From Pseudomonadales bacterium (lineage in GTDB: Bacteria > Pseudomonadota > Gammaproteobacteria > Pseudomonadales > UBA5862), in the NCBI GenBank assembly GCA_024234215.1, contig JACKOQ010000001.1:404293-468292 (forward strand): DNA of 64,000 nt. The letters run 5' to 3'. A program made the translations under genes and the position numbers. Numbering within the stretch: the first letter of the stretch is position 1; each line of letters opens with the position of its first letter. The notes below the pieces were generated by a model. It was not told where the DNA came from, searched no databases, and saw nothing but the letters and a program-made list of their open reading frames with translations. Below, in pieces: positions 34,992-44,416 of this stretch.

Positions 34992-35067
34992 GCTGGCGTA
35001 GCTCAGTTGGTAGAGCGGCTGATTTGTAATCAGCGGGTCGGGGGTTCAAGTCCTCTCGCCAGCTCCA
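34992..35067 (+). tRNA. tRNA-Thr (anticodon UGU)
   Basis: GCTGGCGTAGCTCAGTTGGTAGAGCGGCTGATTTGTAATCAGC...CGCCAGCTCCA. The acceptor stem is perfectly paired, the anticodon loop is TTTGTAA and the CCA is encoded. The T-stem has two G:U pairs. Confidence 0.85.
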
Positions 35068-35120
35068 TGTTCCCTCCTCTTCTGGCATCTCGCCAAGGTT
35101 TCCCCGGCTCTGCGTGCCGC

Positions 35121-37694
35121 TCACAACAGCGTGCGGAACAGCCTTCGCTTGGCGAACTCGGTGCACACCAGATAGCCGGCAGTGATGGCGAGCACCGCCG
35201 CCAGCACGTTCGCCGGCAGCGGCGTGAACTCGAACAGCGCGTGGCTCGCCGGCAGGTAGGGCAGCGCGATCGCAACGCCGGTCAGCGCCAGCGTCAGACT
35301 CCACAGCAGCGTGCCCGGCCGGCTGCGCCAGGCGGGGCGGGCGGTGCGCACCACCAGCAGCACCCACAGCTCGGTCAGCAGCGACTCCACGAACCAGCCG
35401 GTGCGAAAGTGGGCCGGTGCGCCATCGGTCAACCACAGCAGCAGCGCAAAGGTGAGGCCGTCGAACAGCGAGCTGATGAGGCCAAAGGTGAGCATGAAGC
35501 GGCGGATGGCGGCCACGTTCCAGCGGTGCGGCGTCTGCACGGCCTCCGCGTCCACCCGGTCGGTGGCGATGCCCATCGCCGGCAGGTCGGACAGGAAATT
35601 GTTCAGCAGGATCTGCTTCGGCAGCAGTGGCAAAAACGGCAGAAACAGGCTCGCCGCCGCCATGCTGATCATGTTGCCGAAGTTGGCGCTGGTGGTGGTG
35701 TAGATGTACTTGAGCGTGTTGGCAAAGGTGCTGCGGCCGAATTCGATGCCGCGGCACAGCACGTCAAGATCGTGCTGCAGCAGCACGAAATCGGCCGCCT
35801 GCTTGGCGACGTCCACTGCCTGATCGACCGAGATGCCGGCATCGGCGGCGTGCAGCGCCGGCGCATCGTTGATGCCGTCGCCCAGATACCCCACCACGTG
35901 GCCGGAGCGCTTCAAGGCCAGGATCAGGCGCTCCTTCTGGTTCGGGTCGACCTCGGCGAACAGGTCGGTGTCGACCACCCGCTGCCACAGCGCCTCGTCG
36001 CGCATGTCGTCGATCTGCGCGCCGGTCAGCACCACCGGTTCCGCGATGCCCACCTCGCGCGCCAGGTGCGCCGCCACCAGGCGGTTGTCGCCGGTGATGA
36101 TCTTGACCGCCACGCCCAGACGCCCGAGGTCGGCCAGCGTGCGCTCGATGCCGGGCTTGGGCGGGTCGAAGAACAGCAGAAAGCCCTCGAAGCAGAGGCC
36201 GGTCTCGTCGCTCGCGTGGTAGGCGGGCCGCTCGTCGAGCCTGCGGCTGGCCACCCCGAGCACGCGGTAACCCTGTTCGCTCCACGCGGCAAAGCGCTGT
36301 TCGAGGGCGGCCCGTTGCGCGTCGTCGAGGGCGACTTCGGCCTCGCCCAGGCGCAGGCGCTCGCACACTGCCAGCACGCTGGCGAAGGCGCCTTTGGTCA
36401 GCAACGTCGGCGTGCCATCCGGCCCGGCGGCGACGATGGACAGGCGCTTGCGCAGAAAGTCGTAGGGGATTTCGTCGAGCTTGCGCCAGGCGGCGGGATC
36501 GAGCCCGGCCGGCACGCCGGCCGCCTCGATGGCGGCGTCGAGCGGGTTGTCGATGCCGGTCTCGAAGTGGGCGTTGAGGTAGGTGAGCTGCGCCACCCGC
36601 GCCGAGGGCTGCCCATCGCCACCCAGTGCGCCGTCGAGCTTGATCACCCCCGCCGTCAGCGTGCCGGTCTTGTCGGTGCACAGCACATCCATGCTGCCGA
36701 GGTTCTCGATGGCGGCGAGCCGGCGCACGATCACGCCCTGGCGGGCCATGGCGCGGGCGCCGTGCGACAGCGTGAGGGTCATGATGGCCGGCAGCAGCTC
36801 CGGCGACAGCCCCACCGCCAGCGCCACCGAGAACAGCAGCGCCTCCACCACCGGCCGCTCGAAGTGGACGTTGATGGCAAACACCGCCAGCGTCAGCGCC
36901 ACCATCACCTGCGTCAGCAGCGCGCCGAAGCGGCGGATGCCAAGCTCGAACTCGGTCGGCGGCGCGCGCCGGCGCAGGCGGTGGGCGATGGCGCCGAACG
37001 CCGTGCCGGCACCGGTCTCGACGATCAACGCCCGGGCGGTGCCGCTGCGCACCGAGGTGCCCATGAACACGCAGCCGTGGCGCTCGGCGAGGCCCGCCTG
37101 CGGCGGTGCCGTGCCGGGGGTTTTCTCGACCGGGAAGGTCTCGCCGGTCAGCACCGCCTCGGTGACGAAAAAATCCTTCGCCTCCAGCAGCACGCCGTCG
37201 GCCGGAATCAGGCTGCCGGCGGCGAGCTGCACCACGTCGCCCGGCACCACTGCCTCGGCCGGCAGGCTCACCGTCGCGCGGTCGCGCAGCACCGTCACCC
37301 GCGCCGCGACCTGTTCGCGCAGCGCCGCCACCGCCGCCGAGGCGCGGTACTCCTGCACGAAGCCGAGCCCGCCGCTGCCGAGCACGATGCCGAGCACAAT
37401 GGCGGCGTCGAGCCACTCGTGCAGGTAGAGCGACAGCAGGCCGGCGAACAGCAGGATCAGCACCAGCGGATCGGTGAACTGCTTCAGCAGCAGCGCCAGC
37501 GGCGCCAGCGCCGGGCCGTCCGGCAGGCGGTTCGGGCCGTGCTCGGCAAGGCGGCGGGCGGCTTCGCTGCTGGTCAGACCGGCTGCGCCACTGTGCAGTG
37601 CGGCATGGAGTTTCGGTGTTGGCAGGGACCAGTAGGCATCCAGCGCTTCATCGGCCATGAGACGATCCCATTGATGGCATTGATAACCGGTCAA
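35121..37694 (-). CDS. mgtA: magnesium-translocating P-type ATPase (MgtA/MgtB type)
   Basis: LCTDKTGTLT, ITGDN and GDGINDAPALHAAD motifs, and a C-terminal LPFLPLLPKQILLNNFLSD segment typical of MgtA. The track start is a TTG. The ATG at 37658 (MADEALDAYW...) is the more likely start. Confidence 0.9.
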   Translation of the reverse strand: MTGYQCHQWDRLMADEALDAYWSLPTPKLHAALHSGAAGLTSSEAARRLAEHGPNRLPDGPALAPLALLLKQFTDPLVLILLFAGLLSLYLHEWLDAAIVLGIVLGSGGLGFVQEYRASAAVAALREQVAARVTVLRDRATVSLPAEAVVPGDVVQLAAGSLIPADGVLLEAKDFFVTEAVLTGETFPVEKTPGTAPPQAGLAERHGCVFMGTSVRSGTARALIVETGAGTAFGAIAHRLRRRAPPTEFELGIRRFGALLTQVMVALTLAVFAINVHFERPVVEALLFSVALAVGLSPELLPAIMTLTLSHGARAMARQGVIVRRLAAIENLGSMDVLCTDKTGTLTAGVIKLDGALGGDGQPSARVAQLTYLNAHFETGIDNPLDAAIEAAGVPAGLDPAAWRKLDEIPYDFLRKRLSIVAAGPDGTPTLLTKGAFASVLAVCERLRLGEAEVALDDAQRAALEQRFAAWSEQGYRVLGVASRRLDERPAYHASDETGLCFEGFLLFFDPPKPGIERTLADLGRLGVAVKIITGDNRLVAAHLAREVGIAEPVVLTGAQIDDMRDEALWQRVVDTDLFAEVDPNQKERLILALKRSGHVVGYLGDGINDAPALHAADAGISVDQAVDVAKQAADFVLLQHDLDVLCRGIEFGRSTFANTLKYIYTTTSANFGNMISMAAASLFLPFLPLLPKQILLNNFLSDLPAMGIATDRVDAEAVQTPHRWNVAAIRRFMLTFGLISSLFDGLTFALLLWLTDGAPAHFRTGWFVESLLTELWVLLVVRTARPAWRSRPGTLLWSLTLALTGVAIALPYLPASHALFEFTPLPANVLAAVLAITAGYLVCTEFAKRRLFRTLL

Positions 37695-37884
37695 TGGGCC
37701 AAGTGTATCGATTTTTCCACTGTCGTGGTCTGTTGCCGATTCGAGTTGCTGTTGCGGAAGCGAGCGGCATCGTCGATACGGATGCTTGAGAAAGTGATGC
37801 CGCTCTTTTACTGTGCCGGTGGGTTGCTGCTCATGGATTTCGGGAGTGTCTCCTTTACTGTCCGACCGGTTCCGAGGTGTGTTT

Positions 37885-38508
37885 ATGGCTTTTTATGAAG
37901 AGAAGATCTTGCCGGGTCTGCTCGATCTGGCCTGCTCGACACGCGATGTGATGGCGCTGAGAGCGAAGATCGTGCCGCTGGCGCGAGGCCGGGTGCTCGA
38001 GGTTGGCATCGGTTCCGGGCACAATCTGGCTCTGTATGACTCCGGTCAGGTCGAGTTGGTCTGGGGGCTGGAACCCTCGGCCGGGATGCGCGGTCGGGCT
38101 CAGCGCAACCTGGCCCGCTCCGCAGTCGAGGTGCGCTGGCTTGATCTGCCGGGCGAGCAGATTCCGCTCGAAGACAACAGCGTCGACACCGTGCTGTTGA
38201 CCTTTACCCTTTGCACCATTCCGGATTGGCGCCTGGCGCTGCAGCAGATGGCGCGGGTGTTGAAACCGGGCGGTAAATTGCTGTTCTGCGAGCATGGCCG
38301 GGCACCCGATGTGGCAGTCTCCAGATGGCAGGATCGATTGAATCCGCTTTGGAAGCGTCTCTTCGGCGGCTGCCACCTCAACCGCCCGATCGCTGACTGT
38401 CTGGCCGAGGGCGGCTTTGCCATCGAGCAGCTCGACAGCAACTATGCCGAGGGCATGCCCCGCTTCGCTGGCTACATTTCGATGGGACAGGCGGTCAAGG
38501 GTCAGTGA
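37885..38508 (+). CDS. class I SAM-dependent methyltransferase (Methyltransf_11-like), substrate unknown
   Basis: It starts at the internal ATG (MAFYEEKILPG...). Motif I is VLEVGIGSG, and the post-I and motif III regions (LKPGGKLLF) are present. Confidence 0.8.
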   Translation: MAFYEEKILPGLLDLACSTRDVMALRAKIVPLARGRVLEVGIGSGHNLALYDSGQVELVWGLEPSAGMRGRAQRNLARSAVEVRWLDLPGEQIPLEDNSVDTVLLTFTLCTIPDWRLALQQMARVLKPGGKLLFCEHGRAPDVAVSRWQDRLNPLWKRLFGGCHLNRPIADCLAEGGFAIEQLDSNYAEGMPRFAGYISMGQAVKGQ

Positions 38509-38515
38509 CCTGGCG

Positions 38516-41206
38516 ATGCACCTGTATGCGCTGCCGATCGATGAAGCGCTGGCCCGCCTCAATACGACAGCGGAGGGTCTGAGCGAGGCTGAGGCCGCGC
38601 GGCGTCTCGCCAGCTTCGGTGTCAACGAAATGGAAGCCTCGGCGCGGGAACCACTGTGGCGCGGCGCGGCGCGGCAGGTGACGCATTTCTTCGCGCTGAT
38701 CCTGTGGCTGGCGGCGGCGCTGGCGTTCGTTGCAGAGCATTACCAGCCGGGGCAGGGCATGGCCACGCTGGGCGCGGCGATCCTGGGCGTGATCGTCATC
38801 AACGGCGCGTTCTCGTTCTGGCAGGAGTACCGCGCCGAGCGGGCACTCGATGCCCTGCAGCGCCTGCTGCCGCACGCGGTGCGGGTGCAGCGCGCGGGCG
38901 TGGTGCGCCTGGCGCCGGCGCGCGAGCTGGTGCCGGGGGATGTGGTGCTGCTGGGTGCCGGCGATCAGGTGCCGGCCGACTGCCGGGTGCTGGAGGCCTA
39001 CGCGGCGCGCGTCAACACCGCCACGGTGACCGGCGAGGCGCTGCCGATGACGGTGTCGGCCGAGCCCTCCACGGCCGCGGAGGCACTGCACGCGCGCAAC
39101 CTGCTGCTGGCCGGCACGGCGCTGGTGGCCGGCGAGGCGCGCGCGGTGGTGTTCGCCACCGGCATGCACAGCGAGTTCGGGCGCATCGCGCAGCTCACGC
39201 AGGCCACGAGTAAGGGGCTGTCGCCGTTGCAGCAGGAGATCACGCGCCTGTCGCGCTGGGTGGCGGCGCTCGCCGTGGCGCTCGGCGTGACCTTCTTCGC
39301 CATCGGCCAGGCGCTCGGGTTGCCGCTGTGGGGCAACGTGCTGTTCGCCATCGGCATCATCGTCGCCAACGTGCCGGAGGGGCTGCTGCCGACGGTGACG
39401 CTGGCGCTCGCCATGGGCGCGCAGCGCATGGCGCGGCGTCGGGCATTGATCCGCCACCTGCCGTCGGTGGAGACGCTCGGCTCCGCCACCGTGATCTGCA
39501 CCGACAAGACCGGCACGCTGACCGAGAACCGCCTGCGCGTGCAGCGGCTGCACGTGGATGGCAACAGCGTCGCGGTCGATGAATGGACTGCCCCGCCGGA
39601 CGCGCCGCTGCTGGCGGTCGCCGCCCACTGCCACGCACTGGCGGCGGAGGCGGCGGTGGATGTCGCAGCGCTCGACCCGCTGGAGGCGGCGCTGATCGAC
39701 TTTGCGCGCGAGCGCGGCGGCGCGCCGGCGGTGGAGATCCTGCAGGTGCTGCCGTTCGATTCCGAGCGCCGGCGCATGGCGGTGCTGGTGCGGCAGGGCG
39801 GCGAGCGGTTGCTCTACGCCAAGGGCGCGCTCGAAGCGCTGCTGCCGCTGTGCAGCGCCGTGCGCCACGGGGACGCGATCGTGCCGCTCACCGATGCCGC
39901 GCGCGCGGCGGTGCTGGCCGCCGAGGCGCAGCTCGCGGCGGACGGACTGCGGGTGATCGCGCTGGCGAGCCGCCCCGTCGCGCCCGACACCGCGCCCGTC
40001 ACCGCTTTTGGCGCCACGCCCGAGCAGCTCGAACGCGACCTGGTGCTGGCGGGCCTCGTCGCCCTGCATGACCCGCCGCGACCCGAAGTGCCGGCCGCCA
40101 TCGCCCGCTGCCGCAGTGCCGGCATCCGCACCATCATGGTCACCGGCGACCATCCGCGCACGGCGCTGGCGGTGGCGCGGCAGATCGGTCTGGCCAACAG
40201 CGAGCACTCGACGGTGGTCAGCGGCGAGCGCCTGGCGCGCCTGACCGACACCGAGCTGCAACTGCTGCTCGACGGGCCGGAGGTGCTGTTCGCCCGCGTC
40301 AGCGCCGAACAAAAGCGGCGCATCGTCGCGGCGCTCAAGCGCCGCGGCGAGATCGTCGCCGTCACCGGCGACGGCGTCAACGACGCCCCGGCGCTGCGCG
40401 AGGCGCACATCGGCATCGCCATGGGCGTGGCCGGCACCGATGTCGCCAAGGCGGCGGCCGACATGGTGCTGCTCGACGACAACTTCGCCACCATCGTCGC
40501 CGCCGTCGAGGAAGGGCGCGGCGTGTTCGACAACCTGCGCAAGTTCCTCACCTACATCCTCACCTCGAACATCCCCGAGGTGGTGCCCTACCTCGCCTTT
40601 GCGCTGCTGCGCATCCCGCTGCCGCTGACGGTGATCCAGATTCTGGCCGTGGATCTGGGCACCGACATGCTGCCGGCGCTGGCGCTCGGCGCAGAACGGC
40701 CCGCCGCGCAGGTGATGCAGCGCCCGCCGCGCCGCGCCAGCGAACGGCTGATCGACGGCGCGCTGATCGCACGCGCCTACCTGTTCCTGGGTCTGCTCGA
40801 AGCCGGCGCCGCCATGGCGGCCTACTTCTTCGTGCTGCACGCGGGCGGCTGGCAGTACGGACAGCAGCTGGCGCCCACCGACCCGCTGTACCGCGCCGCC
40901 ACCGGCGCGTGTTTGGCCGCCATCGTGCTGATGCAGGTGGCGAACGTCTGGCTGTGCCGCTCCGCGCGCGGCGGGCTGTTCGCCGGCAACGGCCGGCCGA
41001 GCCCGCTGCTGTATTGGGGCATCGGCTTCGAACTGCTGCTGCTGGCGGCAATCCTCTACACGCCCTGGGGCAACGCGCTGTTCGGCACCGCGCCGTTGGC
41101 GATGGATGCGTGGTGGTTCATGCTGCCGTTCCCGCTCGCGATGCTGGCGCTGGAAGAGGCGCGCAAGGCGGTGCGGCGGCGGTGGAGCCAGGTGGCGGCG
41201 GGCTAG
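38516..41206 (+). CDS. cation-transporting P-type ATPase (type II, Ca2+/Na+-K+-like)
   Basis: It starts at the internal ATG (MHLYALPIDEALARLNT...GLSEAEAARRL). Motifs are ICTDKTGTLTENR, MVTGDHPRTA, VTGDGVNDAPAL and LTSNIPEVVPY. Confidence 0.9.
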   Translation: MHLYALPIDEALARLNTTAEGLSEAEAARRLASFGVNEMEASAREPLWRGAARQVTHFFALILWLAAALAFVAEHYQPGQGMATLGAAILGVIVINGAFSFWQEYRAERALDALQRLLPHAVRVQRAGVVRLAPARELVPGDVVLLGAGDQVPADCRVLEAYAARVNTATVTGEALPMTVSAEPSTAAEALHARNLLLAGTALVAGEARAVVFATGMHSEFGRIAQLTQATSKGLSPLQQEITRLSRWVAALAVALGVTFFAIGQALGLPLWGNVLFAIGIIVANVPEGLLPTVTLALAMGAQRMARRRALIRHLPSVETLGSATVICTDKTGTLTENRLRVQRLHVDGNSVAVDEWTAPPDAPLLAVAAHCHALAAEAAVDVAALDPLEAALIDFARERGGAPAVEILQVLPFDSERRRMAVLVRQGGERLLYAKGALEALLPLCSAVRHGDAIVPLTDAARAAVLAAEAQLAADGLRVIALASRPVAPDTAPVTAFGATPEQLERDLVLAGLVALHDPPRPEVPAAIARCRSAGIRTIMVTGDHPRTALAVARQIGLANSEHSTVVSGERLARLTDTELQLLLDGPEVLFARVSAEQKRRIVAALKRRGEIVAVTGDGVNDAPALREAHIGIAMGVAGTDVAKAAADMVLLDDNFATIVAAVEEGRGVFDNLRKFLTYILTSNIPEVVPYLAFALLRIPLPLTVIQILAVDLGTDMLPALALGAERPAAQVMQRPPRRASERLIDGALIARAYLFLGLLEAGAAMAAYFFVLHAGGWQYGQQLAPTDPLYRAATGACLAAIVLMQVANVWLCRSARGGLFAGNGRPSPLLYWGIGFELLLLAAILYTPWGNALFGTAPLAMDAWWFMLPFPLAMLALEEARKAVRRRWSQVAAG

Positions 41207-41262
41207 GGAGATCGACCCAGACTGCGCTACCATTCAAGTTTGAACCGATGCATCTGTCCCCC

Positions 41263-41493
41263 ATGACCACCAAGCGCAAAAAGAGCGACTTCGATCAATC
41301 ACTCACCCGGCTGGAGAGTCTGGTCACCACGCTCGAACGAGGTGACATCCCGATCGAGGAGGCGCTCGACCTGTTCGAGCAGGGCGTCAAGCTGGCACGA
41401 GAATGCCAGGGCAGCCTGCGGGATGCCCAGCAGAAGGTGGAGATCCTGCTCGCCGATGGCGAAACCCGCCAACCCTTCGAGCCGGCGGAATGA
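41263..41493 (+). CDS. xseB: exodeoxyribonuclease VII small subunit
   Basis: 76 aa with FDQSLTRLESLVTTLERGDIPIEEALDLFEQGVKLARECQ. The xseB-ispA-dxs order is conserved. Confidence 0.93.
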   Translation: MTTKRKKSDFDQSLTRLESLVTTLERGDIPIEEALDLFEQGVKLARECQGSLRDAQQKVEILLADGETRQPFEPAE

Positions 41494-42389
41494 GTGCAGC
41501 CTTCGACCAGTGGGCCGACCCACATCGGCGGCGGCTCGAAGCGCTGATCGACCACCACCTGCCCGCGGCCGATCCGGCGGCGGCCCGCCTGTTCGAGGCG
41601 ATGCGCCATGCGATGCAGGGCGGTGGCAAGCGGATTCGTCCGCTGCTGGTCCATGCGGCCTGCGAAAGCTGTGGTGGCACGGCAGAGGTCGCGGAGCTGC
41701 CGGCCCTGGCGGTCGAGCTGATCCATGGCTATTCGCTGGTGCATGATGACCTGCCGGCGATGGATGATGACGACCTGCGCCGTGGCCGTCCCACCTGCCA
41801 CATCGCCTTTGACGAGGCCAGTGCGATTCTGGCCGGCGATGCCTTGCAGAGCCTGGCCTTCGAACTGTTGGCGACAGCCAGCCAACCCAGCGTCGAACTG
41901 CGCATGGCGATGGTGCTGACGCTGGCGCGGGCGGCCGGTGGTGGCGGAATGGTGGGCGGACAGGCGCTCGATCTGGCCGTTGAGGCGCGCCATGACCCGC
42001 CGCTGACGCTGGCCGAACTGGAGTCGCTGCATGCACGCAAGACCGGTGCACTGCTGCGCGCCAGTGTCAGACTGGGTGCACTGGCCGCAGGGGAGCAGGA
42101 TGCGCTGCGGCTCACGGCGCTCGATCGTCATGCCGCGGCCTTGGGGCTGGCCTTTCAGATCCGGGATGACATTCTCGATGTCGAGGGTGAGACGGCGCTG
42201 CTCGGCAAGCGGCAGGGTGCCGATGCCGCGCGTGGCAAGCTGACCTATCCGCGGCTGCTGGGCATGGATGAGGCCAAGGCGCGGGCCGAAGCGCTGCATC
42301 AGCAGGCGCTGGCGGCGCTCGAACCCCTCGGCAGTCGGGCCTGGCCACTGCGCGCACTGTGCGAGCAGTTGCAGCAGCGCAGCCACTGA
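41490..42389 (+). CDS. ispA: (2E,6E)-farnesyl diphosphate synthase
   Basis: First Asp-rich motif VHDDLPAMDDDDLRRGRPT and second motif FQIRDDILD. The ATG overlaps the xseB stop (ATGA). Confidence 0.94.
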   Translation: MSAAFDQWADPHRRRLEALIDHHLPAADPAAARLFEAMRHAMQGGGKRIRPLLVHAACESCGGTAEVAELPALAVELIHGYSLVHDDLPAMDDDDLRRGRPTCHIAFDEASAILAGDALQSLAFELLATASQPSVELRMAMVLTLARAAGGGGMVGGQALDLAVEARHDPPLTLAELESLHARKTGALLRASVRLGALAAGEQDALRLTALDRHAAALGLAFQIRDDILDVEGETALLGKRQGADAARGKLTYPRLLGMDEAKARAEALHQQALAALEPLGSRAWPLRALCEQLQQRSH

Positions 42390-42485
42390 ACGGCGCCGGT
42401 CGGCATGAGAGTGAAAGCGGCCGACGGTGGTATGATTTGCAATCAAATCAATTTCTGTTGTCGCCGCGTTTTGTCGGGCTGAACC

Positions 42486-44396
42486 ATGCCGGTCACTTTT
42501 GACGAAATTCCTAGACAGCGGCCAGCCACGCCGCTGCTCGATCAGATCGACATCCCGGCGCAGCTGCGTGACCTGCCGGAGCAGCAGTTGCCGCAGCTCG
42601 CCCGTGAACTGCGTGAGTATCTGCTCTACACCGTCGGCCAGACCGGTGGCCACTTCGGCGCCGGTCTGGGCGTGGTCGAGCTGACCATCGCGCTGCACTA
42701 TGTGTTCGACACGCCGCATGACCGGCTGGTATGGGATGTCGGCCATCAGGCCTATCCGCACAAGATTCTGACCGGTCGGCGCGAGGCCATGGCCGGGCTG
42801 CGTCAGCAGGGGGGTATCTCCGGCTTTCCGAAGCGGAGCGAGAGTGATTACGACACCTTTGGTGTCGGCCACTCCAGCACCTCGATCGGTGCCGCACTCG
42901 GCATGGCGCTGGCCAGCAGGCTCAAGGGCGAGCAGCGCCACCATGTGGCGGTGATCGGCGATGGGGCGATGACCGCGGGCATGGCCTTCGAGGCACTGAA
43001 CCATGCAGCCCACGTCGGCAATGACCTGCTGGTGGTGCTGAACGACAACGACATGTCGATTTCGCGCAATGTCGGCGGGCTATCGCAATATCTGGCGCGC
43101 ATCTGGGCCGGCAAGACCTACAACTCGGTGCGCCAGGGCAGCAAGCGGCTGCTGAGCCGCATTCCGCCATTCTGGGAGCTGGCGCGCCGCACCGAGGAGT
43201 ACATGAAGGGGATGGTGGCCCCCGGTGTGTTGTTCGAGGAGCTCGGCTTCAACTACATCGGTCCGCTCGATGGCCACGACCTGCCGGCGCTGGTCAAGAC
43301 GCTGAGCGACATGAAATTTCTGCCGGGTCCGCGACTGCTGCATGTGATCACCCGCAAGGGCAAGGGCTTCGCACCGGCCGAGCAGGATCCGATCGGTTAC
43401 CACGCCATCTCCAAGCTCGAGACCCGGCAGGGCGAGCTTTTGACTGTCGTCAACAAGGGACAGAAGTACTCCAGCATCTTTGGCCAGTGGCTGTGCGACA
43501 TGGCGGAGCAGGAGCCGCGGCTGATCGGCATCACCCCGGCGATGGCCGAGGGCTCAGATCTGGTGACCTTTTCGCAGCGCTATCCGCAGCGTTACTGTGA
43601 TGTCGGCATTGCCGAGCAGCATGCAGTGACCTTGGCTGCCGGCATGGCCTGCGAAGGGGCCAAGCCGGTGGTGGCGATCTACTCCACCTTTCTGCAGCGG
43701 GCCTATGACCAGTTGATCCACGATGTCGCCATTCAGAATCTCGACGTGCTGTTTGCGCTCGACCGCGCCGGTCTGGTGGGCGAGGATGGCGCCACCCATG
43801 CCGGCAGCTTCGACCTGAGCTACCTGCGCGCGATTCCGAATCTGCTGGTGATGGCGCCATCGGACGAGAACGAGACGCGGCAGATGCTCTGCACCGGCTT
43901 CATCCATCCAGGACCCGCGGCCGTGCGCTACCCGCGCGGCACGGGGCCGGGGGCCGAGGTGGTCGAGGCGATGAGCGCGCTGGAGATCGGCCGCGCTCTG
44001 GTGCGGCGCCAAGGACGCGAGGTGGCGCTGCTGGCCTTTGGATCGATGGTGCGCCCGGCGCTTGCCGCCGCCGAACGGCTCGACGCCACCGTGGTTGACA
44101 TGCGTTTCGTCAAACCGATCGATGAAGCGCTGGTGCTGCGGCTGGCCGAAAGCCACCAGCTGCTGGTGACCATCGAAGAGAATGTGGTGATGGGGGGCGC
44201 TGGTTCAGCGGTGAACGAGTGCCTGGCCGCACACGGCGTGCTGATGGCGCCGCTCAATCTCGGTCTGCCGGACCGCTTCATCGACCATGGCAAAACGGCT
44301 GCGCTGCTGGCCGAATGCGGGCTGGATGCCGAGGGCATCTGTCGGTCGGTCGAGGCGCGCCTGCCGCGTCGGGAGAGCGCGGCAGGGCTGGGGTGA
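42486..44396 (+). CDS. dxs: 1-deoxy-D-xylulose-5-phosphate synthase
   Basis: 636 aa with [28 protein letters not shown] and [13 protein letters not shown] motifs. Confidence 0.97.
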   Translation: MPVTFDEIPRQRPATPLLDQIDIPAQLRDLPEQQLPQLARELREYLLYTVGQTGGHFGAGLGVVELTIALHYVFDTPHDRLVWDVGHQAYPHKILTGRREAMAGLRQQGGISGFPKRSESDYDTFGVGHSSTSIGAALGMALASRLKGEQRHHVAVIGDGAMTAGMAFEALNHAAHVGNDLLVVLNDNDMSISRNVGGLSQYLARIWAGKTYNSVRQGSKRLLSRIPPFWELARRTEEYMKGMVAPGVLFEELGFNYIGPLDGHDLPALVKTLSDMKFLPGPRLLHVITRKGKGFAPAEQDPIGYHAISKLETRQGELLTVVNKGQKYSSIFGQWLCDMAEQEPRLIGITPAMAEGSDLVTFSQRYPQRYCDVGIAEQHAVTLAAGMACEGAKPVVAIYSTFLQRAYDQLIHDVAIQNLDVLFALDRAGLVGEDGATHAGSFDLSYLRAIPNLLVMAPSDENETRQMLCTGFIHPGPAAVRYPRGTGPGAEVVEAMSALEIGRALVRRQGREVALLAFGSMVRPALAAAERLDATVVDMRFVKPIDEALVLRLAESHQLLVTIEENVVMGGAGSAVNECLAAHGVLMAPLNLGLPDRFIDHGKTAALLAECGLDAEGICRSVEARLPRRESAAGLG

Positions 44397-44416
44397 GACC
44401 GTGTGGACGGGCGAGA

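Noticed and set aside
37762-37809. The 10-bp hairpin followed by TTTTA, read as a plus-strand rho-independent terminator.
   Set aside because: No plus-strand gene lies upstream for more than 2.6 kb, the T-run is short and the loop is 24 nt. It is more sensibly read as part of the minus-strand mgtA leader (see findings).
35007-37898. A 963-aa ORF on the plus strand spanning the whole mgtA locus. Similar giants occur at 38495-41233 (912 aa), 53653-56310 (885 aa), 48868-51033 (721 aa), 13172-15094 (640 aa), 19412-21109 (565 aa), 10602-12287 (561 aa), 58368-60038 (556 aa), 26527-28185 (552 aa) and 3176-4774 (532 aa).
   Set aside because: Each is exactly antisense to a gene with unmistakable conserved motifs. 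Their translations are Arg/Gly/Ala/Pro/His-rich low-complexity strings with no motifs. Stop-free antisense frames are expected at this GC3 level.
41207-41262. A possible att-like partial copy of the tRNA-Thr 3' end (TTCAAGT) at the right edge of the ATPase block.
   Set aside because: Only a 7-nt match is present, which is expected by chance. No integrase lies nearby.
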